Source: Deltaproteobacteria bacterium
GTDB taxonomy: Bacteria; Desulfobacterota; Desulfobacteria; Desulfobacterales; C00003060
Direction of reading: 5' to 3'
DNA length: 64,000 nt
NCBI GenBank assembly: GCA_019307135.1
Contig: JAFDKF010000002.1
Coordinates: forward strand, 13,998-77,997
This document shows positions 1 through 9,598 of the stretch, in pieces. Within the stretch, counting starts at the first letter, position 1. Each line of letters opens with the position of its first letter. Position numbers and translations under genes: made by a program. The notes under the pieces are model-generated. The model did no database searches. It was given only the letters and a program-made list of their open reading frames with translations, and had not been told where the DNA came from.

Positions 1-1793
1 AGATCGATATCTACATAGGCACACGTCTGACCATCATAGGTGATATGGAGTTTGCCGGAGTCCGTATAGTGACCGATGACTGTTGATTCCACTGCGTGTT
101 TTTCGGAAAGGGCCATGAATCGTTCTCCGTGCTCTGGCTTAATGGCAACCGTCATGCGCTCCTGGGATTCAGAAACCCAGATCTCCCACTGGTCCAGACC
201 CTCATACTTTAGAGGGACTTTTTCCAGCTCAACCACACACCCGTTGCTAAAGCAGGCTGATTCCCCGATAGATGAGGAGAGTCCGCCGCCGCCATTGTCC
301 GTGATAAAGGCAATGAGCCCCTCATCACGCGCCTCCAGGAGAAAATCGTGCATTTTCTTTTGTGTGTAAGGATCTCCAATCTGGACATGACCTGCAGGGG
401 TATGGGCAGAGAAGCTCTCGGATGCCGCGGTCACGCCGTGGATACCGTCCTTTCCCACACGGCCCCCACACATGATGATCAGGTCGCCAGGGGAGGTCGT
501 CTTCTCCTCAGCAGGCTCTCCTTTGATCTGCGATGGCATCAGGCCGATGGCAGTGACAAAGACCAAGCACTTGCCCAGGTATCCCTCGTGAAACCAGACC
601 TGTCCGTAGGGCGTGGGGATGCCGCTCTTGTTCCCTCCGTCGCGCACCCCTTCGATGACGCCATCCAAGAGGCGTTTGGGGTGAAGATGGGGTTTGAGTT
701 CCCCCTGATAGTCCCGGGGCCCCACACAGTATCCGTACATCCCCATGATCAGCTTTGAGCCCTTGCCCGTTCCCATGGGGTCGCGGTAGACCCCGACGAT
801 CCCGGTGATGGCACCGCCGTAGGCCTCCATATTGGACGGGGAGTTGTGGGTTTCGCCGGTGATCACATAGTGGTAGTCATCATTAAAGCGGCCAATGCCC
901 GCATTGTCCCAAAGGACCGAGATCACCCAGGGCTTTTGCTTTTGAATGGCCAGGGTGGGGGCTTCGATACAGGTTGCAAAGAGGTTGTCCACAACCTCGC
1001 TTTTGCCAGCGGCAAGGTCGCAGTAGTGGAACAGGCCCTTAAAGGTGTTGTGGTTGCAATGATCGCTTCTGGCCTGGGAGATGTATTCCAGTTCAACATC
1101 GGTGGGGACTGAAAGACCGAAGGCCCGGCGCTCTGCCAGCACATTGTCTCTGAGAAAATAGGCCCGAATCGTAGAGACGTCATTTGGGTTCAGGGCCAGG
1201 CCGCGTTCCTTGCTGACGCGCATGAGGGCTTCGTCGCTATGGATAGGGATCACAGTGACGGTCGGTTTATGATCCAGGCGCACCTTCGGGATGATGATCC
1301 CGATACCAGTCTCCGGGTCCCAGTCCTTTTTGGAAAAAACCTTATACTCCTGGATAATGTCATTGGCGAGAAGCTCCCGGGCGATGCGGTCTGCGTCGTC
1401 AAAGGAGAGGTTGCCTCCCTTCAGACAATACCTTTTTGAGGTATAGATCGCCTCGTGCGGTTTCAAACGGATGTGAAGAAGGTCCTCCACCGCCTCTGCG
1501 GCTGTGCTTCCGGGATTATCCCGCACCCCGGGCCGGTAGCCCACCCACAGAACCGAGTCGAAATCGATGGATAGGGATTTGTAAGAGGAAATCTGGGTGA
1601 CGGGATTGGTAAAGATCTCCGTTCGGATGCGTTCAAGCTGATCCGCGCTGAGGTCAATATCGATGGTAAGAATAGAAACCGTGCGAACCGACTCAAGATC
1701 CAATCCAAAATAGTCGTTCGCCTTCCTGCAAATAGCAGCCCCTTCGGCATCAAAAAGATCGGGATTCAGGGTGATTTCCAGGCGGGCAGGCAT
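1..1793 (-). CDS. purL: Phosphoribosylformylglycinamidine (FGAM) synthase PurL, N-terminal ~597 aa; gene runs off the left edge
   Basis: Absent from the ORF track because it is open at the window edge. My reverse-strand translation from ATG at 1793 reads MPARLEITLNPDLFDAEG...SQARSDHCNHNTFKG...ITGETHNSPSNMEAYGGAITG...FITDNGGGGLSSSIGE with no stop down to position 1. Plus-strand ORFs 76-1439 are antisense shadows. Confidence 0.85.
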   Translation of the reverse strand, partial: MPARLEITLNPDLFDAEGAAICRKANDYFGLDLESVRTVSILTIDIDLSADQLERIRTEIFTNPVTQISSYKSLSIDFDSVLWVGYRPGVRDNPGSTAAEAVEDLLHIRLKPHEAIYTSKRYCLKGGNLSFDDADRIARELLANDIIQEYKVFSKKDWDPETGIGIIIPKVRLDHKPTVTVIPIHSDEALMRVSKERGLALNPNDVSTIRAYFLRDNVLAERRAFGLSVPTDVELEYISQARSDHCNHNTFKGLFHYCDLAAGKSEVVDNLFATCIEAPTLAIQKQKPWVISVLWDNAGIGRFNDDYHYVITGETHNSPSNMEAYGGAITGIVGVYRDPMGTGKGSKLIMGMYGYCVGPRDYQGELKPHLHPKRLLDGVIEGVRDGGNKSGIPTPYGQVWFHEGYLGKCLVFVTAIGLMPSQIKGEPAEEKTTSPGDLIIMCGGRVGKDGIHGVTAASESFSAHTPAGHVQIGDPYTQKKMHDFLLEARDEGLIAFITDNGGGGLSSSIGESACFSNGCVVELEKVPLKYEGLDQWEIWVSESQERMTVAIKPEHGERFMALSEKHAVESTVIGHYTDSGKLHITYDGQTCAYVDID

Positions 1794-1803
1794 AAGAAAT
1801 GTC

Positions 1804-2199
1804 GGCATCCTTCATTTTTGCCATAAAGTAGTTTACACCTATTGACCAGTGTTCAGGTTTCAGTGTTCAGGTTTCAGATCTTGCTTTTTCAGTTTCTGAC
1901 ACCTGACACCTGACACCTGACACCTGACACCTGACACCTGACACCTGACACCTGACACCTGACACCTGACACCTGACACCTGACACCTGACACCTGGTGC
2001 CTGGTTTCAGTGTTCAGGTTTCAGACCCGCCTGCCAACGCCTGCGTCACAGCGAGGTTACAATGCCCGCATACACGGCAATGGCGGGCAGGTCTTGCGTT
2101 TGTCGCTCCTGACACCTGACACCAAAAAGTAGGAACAAAAGAACTTATCTCTTGGCGCACGCATCCTTGATAAGTGTAAACCGAGGAATGAAGGATGCC
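1804..2199. mobile_element. MITE-like non-autonomous element, family A, copy 1 (~396 bp)
   Basis: Terminal inverted repeats GGCATCCTTCATT (1804) and AATGAAGGATGCC (2199), with subterminal GTAGTTTACAC / GTGTAAAC. Flanked by direct GAAATGTC at 1796-1803 and 2200-2207. Second copy at 29127-29343. No ORF inside. Confidence 0.7.
1896..1996. repeat. Heptanucleotide tandem array (CTGACAC)n, about 14 units
   Basis: Read directly. Uninterrupted 7-bp periodicity, flanked on both sides by GTGTTCAGGTTTCAG units that are near-complements of the repeat. Confidence 0.9.
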
Positions 2200-2222
2200 G
2201 AAATGTCTATCAGAAAACCCTA

Positions 2223-3218
2223 CTAGAAGGACCAGTTCACTACAGATGCCCCCCAGGTTAAGCCTGCTCCGAAGGTTACCAACAGCACATAGTCGCCTGC
2301 CTTTAGTAGACCTTCCCTGTTGGCTTCGTCAAGGGCAATAGGGATAGTGGCTGATGAAGTGTTTCCGTACTTTTGGATGTTGGTGTAGACCCTGTCCATC
2401 GGTATAGACAGCTTTTCTGCCACGGCCTTGATGATCCTGATGTTGGCCTGATGGGGGATCATTAATTTTACGTCCGCGCTTGAAAGGCTATGATGTTTAA
2501 GGGCCGCCTCGGCAATGTTGGTCAGACAGGAGACTGCCTTTTTGAAGAGCCGGCTTCCTTCCATCTTCAGATGAAAAGGCTTTCCTTCGACAGTATCAAG
2601 GATTTCAGGAATCTTGGAACCTCCGTCGGAAGAATAGAGGAGGTTCCAGAAATTTCCATCAGACCCCAGGTGGGTTGACAGAATGCCATCACGGTCTGCT
2701 GTGGGGGTTACCACTACTGCACCAGCACCATCGCCTAACAACACGCAGGTAGATCGGTCTTCCCAGTTTGTGACGGAGGAAAGACGTTCGACACCAATGA
2801 CCAGGGCGTTCTTACAGCTCCCCGTTGCAATGGCGTTACATGCAACAGACAGGGAATAAAGAAAACCTGAGCATCCGGCAGAGACGTCAAACGCGACTGC
2901 CTTGCTGGCCTTGAGCGCCTTTTGCACAAAGCAGGCCACCGAAGGAAACTGACGATCCGGTGTCACCGTGCCCACTATGATCATATCCAGGGTCTCGGCC
3001 AAAATACCTGCCATCTTTAGGGCCCTCAAAGATGCCCTTGCGGCCATATCCGAGGTGTTTTCGCTTTGGCCGTCTGAAGAGATGCGGCGTTCTTTGATCC
3101 CGGTTCGCCGCGTGATCCATTCATCGGTCGTATCTACTATGGTTTCAAGCTCCTTGTTCGTCAGGATCCTCTTAGGTGTTGTAGAACCCGTTCCGACGAT
3201 GCGTCCCTTTATCATCAC
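2223..3218 (-). CDS. fabH: 3-oxoacyl-ACP synthase III (KAS III)
   Basis: 331-aa ORF. N-terminus IVGTGSTTPKRILTNKELETIVDTTDEWITRRTGIKERR, active-site Cys context DVSAGCSGFLYSL, and HQANIRII and GNTSSATIP blocks. Confidence 0.9.
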   Translation of the reverse strand: MMIKGRIVGTGSTTPKRILTNKELETIVDTTDEWITRRTGIKERRISSDGQSENTSDMAARASLRALKMAGILAETLDMIIVGTVTPDRQFPSVACFVQKALKASKAVAFDVSAGCSGFLYSLSVACNAIATGSCKNALVIGVERLSSVTNWEDRSTCVLLGDGAGAVVVTPTADRDGILSTHLGSDGNFWNLLYSSDGGSKIPEILDTVEGKPFHLKMEGSRLFKKAVSCLTNIAEAALKHHSLSSADVKLMIPHQANIRIIKAVAEKLSIPMDRVYTNIQKYGNTSSATIPIALDEANREGLLKAGDYVLLVTFGAGLTWGASVVNWSF

Positions 3219-3334
3219 TGGTTATTTGGCTACTCCTTTGATTGAAAGATTTTAGAAAGGCAAAATAACACATAAAATAACCCCCGTCATCTTTTTTTTG
3301 TAACCGTTCAGGGGTGACGGCGAACCCAGTCCAC

Positions 3335-3865
3335 TCAAAGCTCAACGCCCACCCGGGCGGCCTCCCCTTGGTCGAAATAGTGTTTGGTGCATTCCATCGT
3401 GGTCACCAGATGAGCCTTTTCCATAAACGATGCTGGTGCGTTGCGCCCTGTGAGAATCAATTCCATATCGCGGGGCTTGCCATCCATGAGTCTCAGCACC
3501 GCATCTTCGGTAACAAGCCCCAGCGAAACAGCCACATTGACTTCGTCCAGGATGAGTAAATCGCACGCCTTTTCATCTGATATCCGCTGGGCCTCTCTGA
3601 GGGCTGCCTGTGCCAGGCTGATATCCTGGGCACTTGGGTTGGCACGATCCACAAAGCCGTTTCTTCCCATGGGTTTTATCACAAAGTTTGGGGAAAGGCG
3701 CCGGGCCATGTTTAGCTCTCCTGTTTCTCGGTCTCCCTTTAAGAACTGGATCATCACAACGTTTAAGCCACGGCCCAAAGCGCGCAGGGCCAAACCGAGC
3801 GCTGCCGTGGTCTTTCCTTTGCCGTCGCCTGTGTAGACTTGAATAAGGCCTTTTTCGAGTCCCAT
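3335..3865 (-). CDS. cobO: ATP:cob(I)yrinic acid a,c-diamide adenosyltransferase (CobO/BtuR family)
   Basis: 176-aa ORF. GLIQVYTGDGKGKTTAALGLALRALG P-loop, MIQFLKG, LLILDEVN. Confidence 0.85.
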   Translation of the reverse strand: MGLEKGLIQVYTGDGKGKTTAALGLALRALGRGLNVVMIQFLKGDRETGELNMARRLSPNFVIKPMGRNGFVDRANPSAQDISLAQAALREAQRISDEKACDLLILDEVNVAVSLGLVTEDAVLRLMDGKPRDMELILTGRNAPASFMEKAHLVTTMECTKHYFDQGEAARVGVEL

Positions 3866-3901
3866 TTATTTCCCTTTATTCCTCCCCTTAATATTGACGG
3901 C

Positions 3902-4007
3902 TTCGTAAAAAGTCCAACTTCTGCGTTGCGCTGCATCCCTCGTCACTGCGGCGTACCATAAGTACGCCTCATTCCTCAGGATTTGCGCGCCTTGAATTTG
4001 GAGCTTT
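3902..4007. mobile_element. MITE-like element family B, right-truncated copy
   Basis: About 106 bp nearly identical to 39762-39867 (TTCGTAAAAAGTCCAACTTCTGCGTTGCGCTGCA...TTGAATTTGGAGCTTTT) but lacking the right inverted terminus. Overlaps the last 10 codons and the stop of ORF 3976-4605. Confidence 0.65.
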
Positions 4008-4605
4008 TGTCTATGGTTCCCACTCTGTACCGCTTTCGTTTCTTTCTTTCGACTGCATAGGCGTCCAAGAATAGCTTGGACTGCACAAAACAGAGCGCAA
4101 ATGGGTCCAGTGCGGTTCGGCTCCCGGGAGCACCATGCCGAAAGTGCACCAGGATACGCCTCTTTTCGTCAACCGCGCGCATGATGTCTTCAAGGATGTC
4201 GGGCCTGCAGTCAAAGCCGTCTTTGATGATAACATCCTGGATGACAGACCTCAAAAGCTGTTTCTGGGATTCGGGGAGGTGATCAATGATGTTGCAAAGC
4301 CCTTTAAGGGCGCGCCGGACGACCGAAAAATCCCTGGTGGCAAACAGATGGCGAGTAGCCAAGACAAGTGCCAGGAGTTCGCTGAGGGGGAGCTTCCCAA
4401 TGGTGACCACAGGATCGCTAAGGATAGTGAAGCGGCCCTTTTCACGTGAAAACCGAAACCCCATTTGTGCAAGCTGATTTCGGTCATAGTAGAATTGTCT
4501 AGTTGATATTCCAAGGTTCTTCGCGATTTGATCAGGCAGCCTGTCGGGCTGTGTTCTGACCTCAACAATGATTCGCAGAAGACGCGCAAGTCGGTGACTT
4601 TGCAT
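3976..4605 (-). CDS. HTH + WYL-domain transcriptional regulator, C-terminus supplied by a repeat element
   Basis: 209-aa ORF. N-terminal wHTH (RLARLLRIIVEVRTQPDRLPDQIAKNLGISTRQFYYDRNQL) and a WYL-like segment (LDPFALCFVQSKLFLDAYAVERKKRKRYRVGTIDK). The tail SSKFKARKS lies inside MITE B. Confidence 0.6.
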   Translation of the reverse strand: MQSHRLARLLRIIVEVRTQPDRLPDQIAKNLGISTRQFYYDRNQLAQMGFRFSREKGRFTILSDPVVTIGKLPLSELLALVLATRHLFATRDFSVVRRALKGLCNIIDHLPESQKQLLRSVIQDVIIKDGFDCRPDILEDIMRAVDEKRRILVHFRHGAPGSRTALDPFALCFVQSKLFLDAYAVERKKRKRYRVGTIDKSSKFKARKS

Positions 4606-4705
4606 GAAAAAATTTTAGATTCTAACAGGTTCAAAGTCAAGGCAAAAAAATCCCCAGCCTCTATTCCTATTGACAGGCTCAATACCTGCTGGTAGTCATT
4701 CATTC

Positions 4706-5500
4706 ATGGCTCACAAGACTCGTGTTGGTGTGCTGATCTCAGGAGGCGGAACCAATCTGCAGGCCATCATCGATGCCTCCAAGTCGAACCGAATAGATGC
4801 AAGGGTCGTCTTTGTGGGTTCGGACAATCCAAAGGCCTACGGTCTCAAGAGGGCACACAAGCATGGAATTCCCACCTTTGTAATCGATTACGAGACTATC
4901 ATGAAAGAGACCCGGGGAAGGCCGCTGGAAGATCTGGTTCCTGAAGGGTTTGATCTGGAAAGAGTATTGGCCGGACAAGATCTCTTGCATGCCTCTTCGA
5001 ACCGCATGAAGGCGCAGCGATACTTCTGCACCAGGGCTATTGCCGAGGCCGCCCTGCTTCGAGAAATGGCAACCTATCCGTTTGACCTTCTGGTCCTGGC
5101 AGGCTTCATGCGAATACTTACCCCCTACTTCATTGATCGCGTCAATACAGATCCGTCACAACCCCGGATTATGAACATCCACCCAGCTCTTCTCCCATCC
5201 TTTCCAGGCGTGGATGGCTATGGTGACACGTATCGCTATGGCTGCAAGGTGGGGGGCTGCACCGTACATTTTGTTGACTATGGAGAAGACACCGGACCTA
5301 TTATTAGACAGAAGGCTTTTGAGATCACCCCCGATGATACCATTGATACGGTCAGGGAGAAGGGACTCAAACTTGAATGGCATCTTTATCTGGAATGCAT
5401 TCAGCTATTTGCAGAAGGCCGTTTGAGGGTAGTTTCCAAGACCTACACGCTGGAAAACGGCACCGAGTTCAACAGAAAGGTCGTTGAAATCGCTACCTAA
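4706..5500 (+). CDS. purN: Phosphoribosylglycinamide formyltransferase
   Basis: MAHKTRVGVLISGGGTNLQAIIDA, LVLAGFMRIL, MNIHPALLPSFPG, GCTVHFV. Start moved to the ATG at 4706. Carries an insert of about 45 aa relative to my memory of E. coli PurN. Confidence 0.85.
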   Translation: MAHKTRVGVLISGGGTNLQAIIDASKSNRIDARVVFVGSDNPKAYGLKRAHKHGIPTFVIDYETIMKETRGRPLEDLVPEGFDLERVLAGQDLLHASSNRMKAQRYFCTRAIAEAALLREMATYPFDLLVLAGFMRILTPYFIDRVNTDPSQPRIMNIHPALLPSFPGVDGYGDTYRYGCKVGGCTVHFVDYGEDTGPIIRQKAFEITPDDTIDTVREKGLKLEWHLYLECIQLFAEGRLRVVSKTYTLENGTEFNRKVVEIAT

Positions 5501-5572
5501 CAAGAATGCGTCGTATCGATTCCATTATTCCATTATTCCAATCGTGAGCGAAGCGAACAAAATTTTACCAGA

Positions 5573-5602
5573 AAGGGGCAGCCTCGTGCGAGCCCCTTTT
5601 TT
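5573..5602 (+). terminator. Putative intrinsic terminator after purN
   Basis: AAGGGGCagcctcgtgcgaGCCCCTTTTTT: short GC stem followed by a T-run. Confidence 0.5.
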
Positions 5603-5646
5603 GCGCTTGACCCGATCCGGGGGACAGGTGATGGGGTAAGATCCTC

Positions 5647-6558
5647 GTGGAACGTCATCATCACAACCACAGTCACGGACTTCTTAGAGAAACAGGCAAA
5701 TCAAGACTTCGTGTAATCCTCGTCCTGACCTCTCTTTTCTTCGTGGTCGAGGTATTGGGGGGCCTTTGGACCAACAGCTTAGCGCTTCTTTCGGATGCTG
5801 GGCACATGCTCTCGGACATGTTTGCCCTGGGACTCAGCCTGTTTGCCTTTTGGCTTTCCTCTAAGAAACCTTCCCCAACCAAGACCTATGGATATTACCG
5901 TTTTGAAGTAGTCGCCGCCTTCATCAACGGCGTGTTGCTCATCCTGATTGCGCTTTGGATTTTCGGGGAGGCTTTCAGCCGTTTTCAGCATCCGGCCACG
6001 GTGAAAAGCATGCCCATGCTTTTTATCGCCATCTTGGGGTTGATGATAAACCTGTTGGGCATCTATTTATTGCATAAGGCCGGAACGGGGAACTTAAACA
6101 TCAGAGGCGCCCTGTTTCATCTTATAGGGGATGCCGCCGGATCCGCAGGGGCGATCACGGCAGCTATTGTGATAAGTCTGACTGGCTGGACGTTCTTTGA
6201 CGCGCTTGTCAGCGTTCTCATTGGGCTTTTGATCATCTACAGCGCATGGCGTCTTCTGTGGGATGTTGTGAACATACTCATGCAGGGAGTGCCGCCTCAT
6301 ATTGATCTGGACAACATCAAACAGGCAATGCTTTGTGTAGATGGTGTGACCGGGCTGTGCGATTTGCACATATGGAGCTTAACCTCGCAGGTGGACACGT
6401 TAAGTGCCCACGTGGTTGTTGAAGATATGGGACGAAATAAAGAGATCCTTGAGAAGTTGACCCGCCTGATAAACGATAAGTTCGGGATCAACCATGTGAC
6501 CCTCCAAATAGAGGATGAGGGGGTGGGGACATGCAAGCTATTCTTGTCGGAAAAATAA
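5647..6558 (+). CDS. Cation diffusion facilitator (CzcD/ZitB-type) metal efflux transporter
   Basis: 303-aa ORF. His-rich N-terminus, six hydrophobic segments, SLALLSDAGHMLSD and HLIGDAAGS motifs, cytoplasmic C-terminal domain. Confidence 0.85.
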   Translation: MERHHHNHSHGLLRETGKSRLRVILVLTSLFFVVEVLGGLWTNSLALLSDAGHMLSDMFALGLSLFAFWLSSKKPSPTKTYGYYRFEVVAAFINGVLLILIALWIFGEAFSRFQHPATVKSMPMLFIAILGLMINLLGIYLLHKAGTGNLNIRGALFHLIGDAAGSAGAITAAIVISLTGWTFFDALVSVLIGLLIIYSAWRLLWDVVNILMQGVPPHIDLDNIKQAMLCVDGVTGLCDLHIWSLTSQVDTLSAHVVVEDMGRNKEILEKLTRLINDKFGINHVTLQIEDEGVGTCKLFLSEK

Positions 6559-7466
6559 AGCCCACGGTTGCCATAGTCGGTTGTGGGACTGTGGGCACGG
6601 CCATAGGTAAACTTCTCAGCGATGCGGGCTATCGCATATCAGGGGTCGCCACGAGCAACCTTGAGACAGCCCGCAGGGCGGCCGAGGTGACAGGTGCCGA
6701 GCGATTCTCCGGTTGTCCCTGGGAGGTCACGCGAGGGGCAGACGTTGTGTTCATCACCACGCCTGATGATTTGATTGAAGCCACGTGCATGAGCATTTCC
6801 GAACATGGGGGCTTTGAAAAGAATGCGGTGGTGATTCACTGCAGCGGCACCCTTTCGTCAGACATCCTTTCGTCAGCCAGAGACTGTGGAGCCGTGGTTG
6901 CAACCCTTCATCCCCTCCAGAGCTTTGCCTCAGTAGATCAGGCCGTCAGCCTGGTGCCCGGTTCTTATTGCACCATTGAAGGTGATAAGAGTGCCCTTCC
7001 AATCGTCCGCCAAATCGTAGAAAACCTGGGGGGTATCCTCTTGGAAATCACAGCAGAGAAAAAGACCCTGTACCATGCAGCAGCCGTAACAGCGTCCAAC
7101 TATCTCGTAACTCTAATGCATCTTGCCCTTAAGTTAGATGAAGCAGCAGGATTGCCCGGTGACATCTCTTTCAATGCTCTCCTTCCCCTGATCAAAGGCA
7201 CCCTGAGTAATATTGGAACAAGAGGGATACCCGACGCCCTAACTGGGCCCATTGCCCGGGGAGACGTGGCAACCGTAGCGGTCCATCTTCAGGCCATAGA
7301 AAAGGATGCTCCAGAGCTTCTCTTACTTTACAGGTGCCTGGGCCTTTACACGGTTGATCTCGCCAAGGCCAAAGGGTCATTAAACAAAGAGGCCTCTGAC
7401 AAACTGATTGCCATGCTTGGGCCACAAAAACTTGACCCCGACAGGTCGGAACCAAACAAGTTGTGA
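6531..7466 (+). CDS. Rossmann-fold oxidoreductase-like protein (DUF2520-type C-terminus)
   Basis: 311-aa ORF. VAIVGCGTVGTAIGKLL dinucleotide-binding motif. Function not assignable from sequence alone. Confidence 0.55.
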   Translation: MQAILVGKIKPTVAIVGCGTVGTAIGKLLSDAGYRISGVATSNLETARRAAEVTGAERFSGCPWEVTRGADVVFITTPDDLIEATCMSISEHGGFEKNAVVIHCSGTLSSDILSSARDCGAVVATLHPLQSFASVDQAVSLVPGSYCTIEGDKSALPIVRQIVENLGGILLEITAEKKTLYHAAAVTASNYLVTLMHLALKLDEAAGLPGDISFNALLPLIKGTLSNIGTRGIPDALTGPIARGDVATVAVHLQAIEKDAPELLLLYRCLGLYTVDLAKAKGSLNKEASDKLIAMLGPQKLDPDRSEPNKL

Positions 7467-7631
7467 GGGCCTATTCGGATGTATTACCCGGTATCCTTAA
7501 ATTCGAAATACGAAGCACGAAATCCGGATTTCGGATTTATTTGATCTTGTTTCCAAATGGAAAGAATTTTCTGCCGGAAAAACACGAATTTCACAACTAA
7601 GCGCCTAACGGTGAACGAAAGGTACTGATCG

Positions 7632-8903
7632 ATGGTGCTGGATAGACTGATAAGCTTGTTGGGCCTTTTTGTCTTGATGTTTCTGGCGTGGGTGGCTTCA
7701 AGGGACAGGAAAAACATCAATGTCAGATTGATACTCACTGGCCTCCTGTTTCAGTGTGTGTTCGCATTCATTGTCTTTAAGCTCTCGGCTGGCGTGGTCA
7801 TCTTCTCCTGGTTGAACGATGCAGCATTAAAGGTGATTTCCTTTGCCAAAGAGGGCATCTACTTTGTTTTTGGACCCCTGTCGGTCTCTCCTGGAGAAAC
7901 CGGCCCCATGGGAGAAACCTCCCCCGGCTTCATTCTTGCCTTCCAGGTGCTCCCTTCGATCATCTTTTTTTCGTCCCTGGTCTCTCTTCTCTACTACCTA
8001 AACATCATCCCGGCCATCATCAAGGTGTTTGCCCGGATATTTACCTACTTGATGCGAATCAGCGGGGCAGAGGCATTGTGCGCCTCGAGCAACATATTTG
8101 TGGGTATTGAATCCGCCGTGACCATCAGACCCTATATCCAGGAAATGACCAGGTCAGAACTCTGCACGGTACTTACAGTAGGTATGGGTACTATCGCTTC
8201 TACGGTGCTCGCCCTGTATGTGGGATTCTTGCACAGGGAATTTCCATCCATAGCCGGCCACTTGATCTCGGCATCTGTCATCAGCGCACCAGCCGCCATT
8301 ATCATGTCAAAGCTCGTTGTCCCTGAGATCGAAAGACCAAAGACACTGGGTATAAGCGTTCATGTAGAAAAAGATCGTCGTTCCAGCACGTGGATCGAGT
8401 CGATCATCATGGGGGCCAATGATGGCGTGAAACTCTGTGTCGGTATCATCACACTTCTGTTGGCATTCCTGGGGTTGCTCTCCATGTTCAACTGGCTCCT
8501 GGGGTTTGTTGGCACCAAGGTTTTCGGAACCGGTCTTTCCTTGCAAATGATTCTGAAATACCTCTACTATCCTATCACACTCATCATGGGGGTACCGTTC
8601 CAGGACGCGGAACAGATCGCCACCCTTCTAGGGGAAAGAACCATTGTCACCGAGGTAGTTTCCTACCAGCACCTACACCAGTTGATCAAGGACGGCGTGA
8701 TTACGGACACGAGAAGCATTACGATTGCCTCGTATGCCCTTTGCGGGTTTGCACACATTGCCTCTCTGGCAATTTTTGTGGGTGGATTTTCGGCCTTAGC
8801 ACCAAGCCGGGCAAAAGATCTCGCCCAGTTAGGTTTCCGGGCACTTTACGCCGCCACACTGGCCTGCCTGATGACAGGCTGTGTGGCAGGTCTGTTTGTA
8901 TAG
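7632..8903 (+). CDS. NupC/CNT-family concentrative nucleoside transporter
   Basis: 423-aa polytopic ORF. N-terminus LGLFVLMFLAWVASRDRKNINVRLILTGLLFQ and the overall layout are typical of the NupC family. Confidence 0.8.
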   Translation: MVLDRLISLLGLFVLMFLAWVASRDRKNINVRLILTGLLFQCVFAFIVFKLSAGVVIFSWLNDAALKVISFAKEGIYFVFGPLSVSPGETGPMGETSPGFILAFQVLPSIIFFSSLVSLLYYLNIIPAIIKVFARIFTYLMRISGAEALCASSNIFVGIESAVTIRPYIQEMTRSELCTVLTVGMGTIASTVLALYVGFLHREFPSIAGHLISASVISAPAAIIMSKLVVPEIERPKTLGISVHVEKDRRSSTWIESIIMGANDGVKLCVGIITLLLAFLGLLSMFNWLLGFVGTKVFGTGLSLQMILKYLYYPITLIMGVPFQDAEQIATLLGERTIVTEVVSYQHLHQLIKDGVITDTRSITIASYALCGFAHIASLAIFVGGFSALAPSRAKDLAQLGFRALYAATLACLMTGCVAGLFV

Positions 8904-9386
8904 CAGGAGACTACGGACAACGGTAATACGAGTGATGGTACCAGGGGTAGTGCCAGTCGTAAAGGTAAGGATCATAAGGCGGTGCACCATTGGGGACGTT
9001 ATATATTAAAACATCAAAGGGTTATACCCCCAAGGGCAACCACGGGTAAGCGCCAAAGAATAGGTGGTCCCTTCGAGCTTGTGAACATTATTGAGTGAGA
9101 AGAGATATCACGTGGGAAAAGGCCTTTGGATCTCCCAAGTTCCCGAGCTACCCCTTTGAGCACATGCCCCCGGATCAAGTCCGGGGCAGGCTCTGGTCTC
9201 AGACTCCCCCGCCTGCCTCGCCTGAGCGCGCCTGCCACCGCGAGGCACGAGCGGGCAGGCGAGAGCGATGGCGGGCAGGTTTTTCGGAGCTCAATATCCC
9301 GCCTTGCGGGACACCCTTGATCCATCCAGCTTCGTACTCCCGTTACTGGGCTTACCCGTGGATTTCACTACTGACCTGCTGGCTAA

Positions 9387-9564
9387 GGGCTCACGCAAGA
9401 ATAACTTACCATTTTGGCATCTCAGCTTCAGGCCGTCTTCGACCGATACTCATTCGCAAAATCCGCGAAATAGCCAGCTATTCCTGTGGCTTTGCTCAAT
9501 CGGATCGGCCAAATCCGACCCAAATCTAAGCGCCAACTCTGCCAAGTTATTCTTGCGTGAGCCC
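9387..9564. repeat. Long inverted repeat (21-bp perfect arms, ~136-bp spacer)
   Basis: GGGCTCACGCAAGAATAACTT at 9387-9407 and its exact reverse complement at 9544-9564. No ORF inside. Confidence 0.8.
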
Positions 9565-9598
9565 TAAGCTTTAGTCAGGTGGGACTTTCCTTCAATTT

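Noticed and set aside
76-1439. Plus-strand ORFs 76-369, 348-758, 846-1112 and 1239-1439
   Set aside because: They are antisense to an uninterrupted purL reading frame with clear family motifs. Their products are low-complexity.
1896-1996. Possible CRISPR array, from the regular short repeats here and at 31431-31538
   Set aside because: The unit length is 7 bp with no intervening unique spacers. These are microsatellite-type tandem repeats, and no cas genes are present.
8926-9010. Tyr/Trp/Pro-rich peptide frame on the minus strand (NGAPPYDPYLYDWHYPWYHHSYYRCP)
   Set aside because: The frame has a stop immediately upstream and no ATG/GTG/TTG start or ribosome-binding site.
9041-9375. RNase P RNA, tmRNA or a group II intron in the structured ORF-less region
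   Set aside because: A 3' segment (GGGCTTACCCGTGGATTTCAC) loosely resembles the E. coli M1 RNA end. However, the universally conserved GAGGAAAGTCC and GGTAAGAGC blocks, a tmRNA tag/T-arm/CCA end, and group II GTGCG/domain V sequences are all absent.
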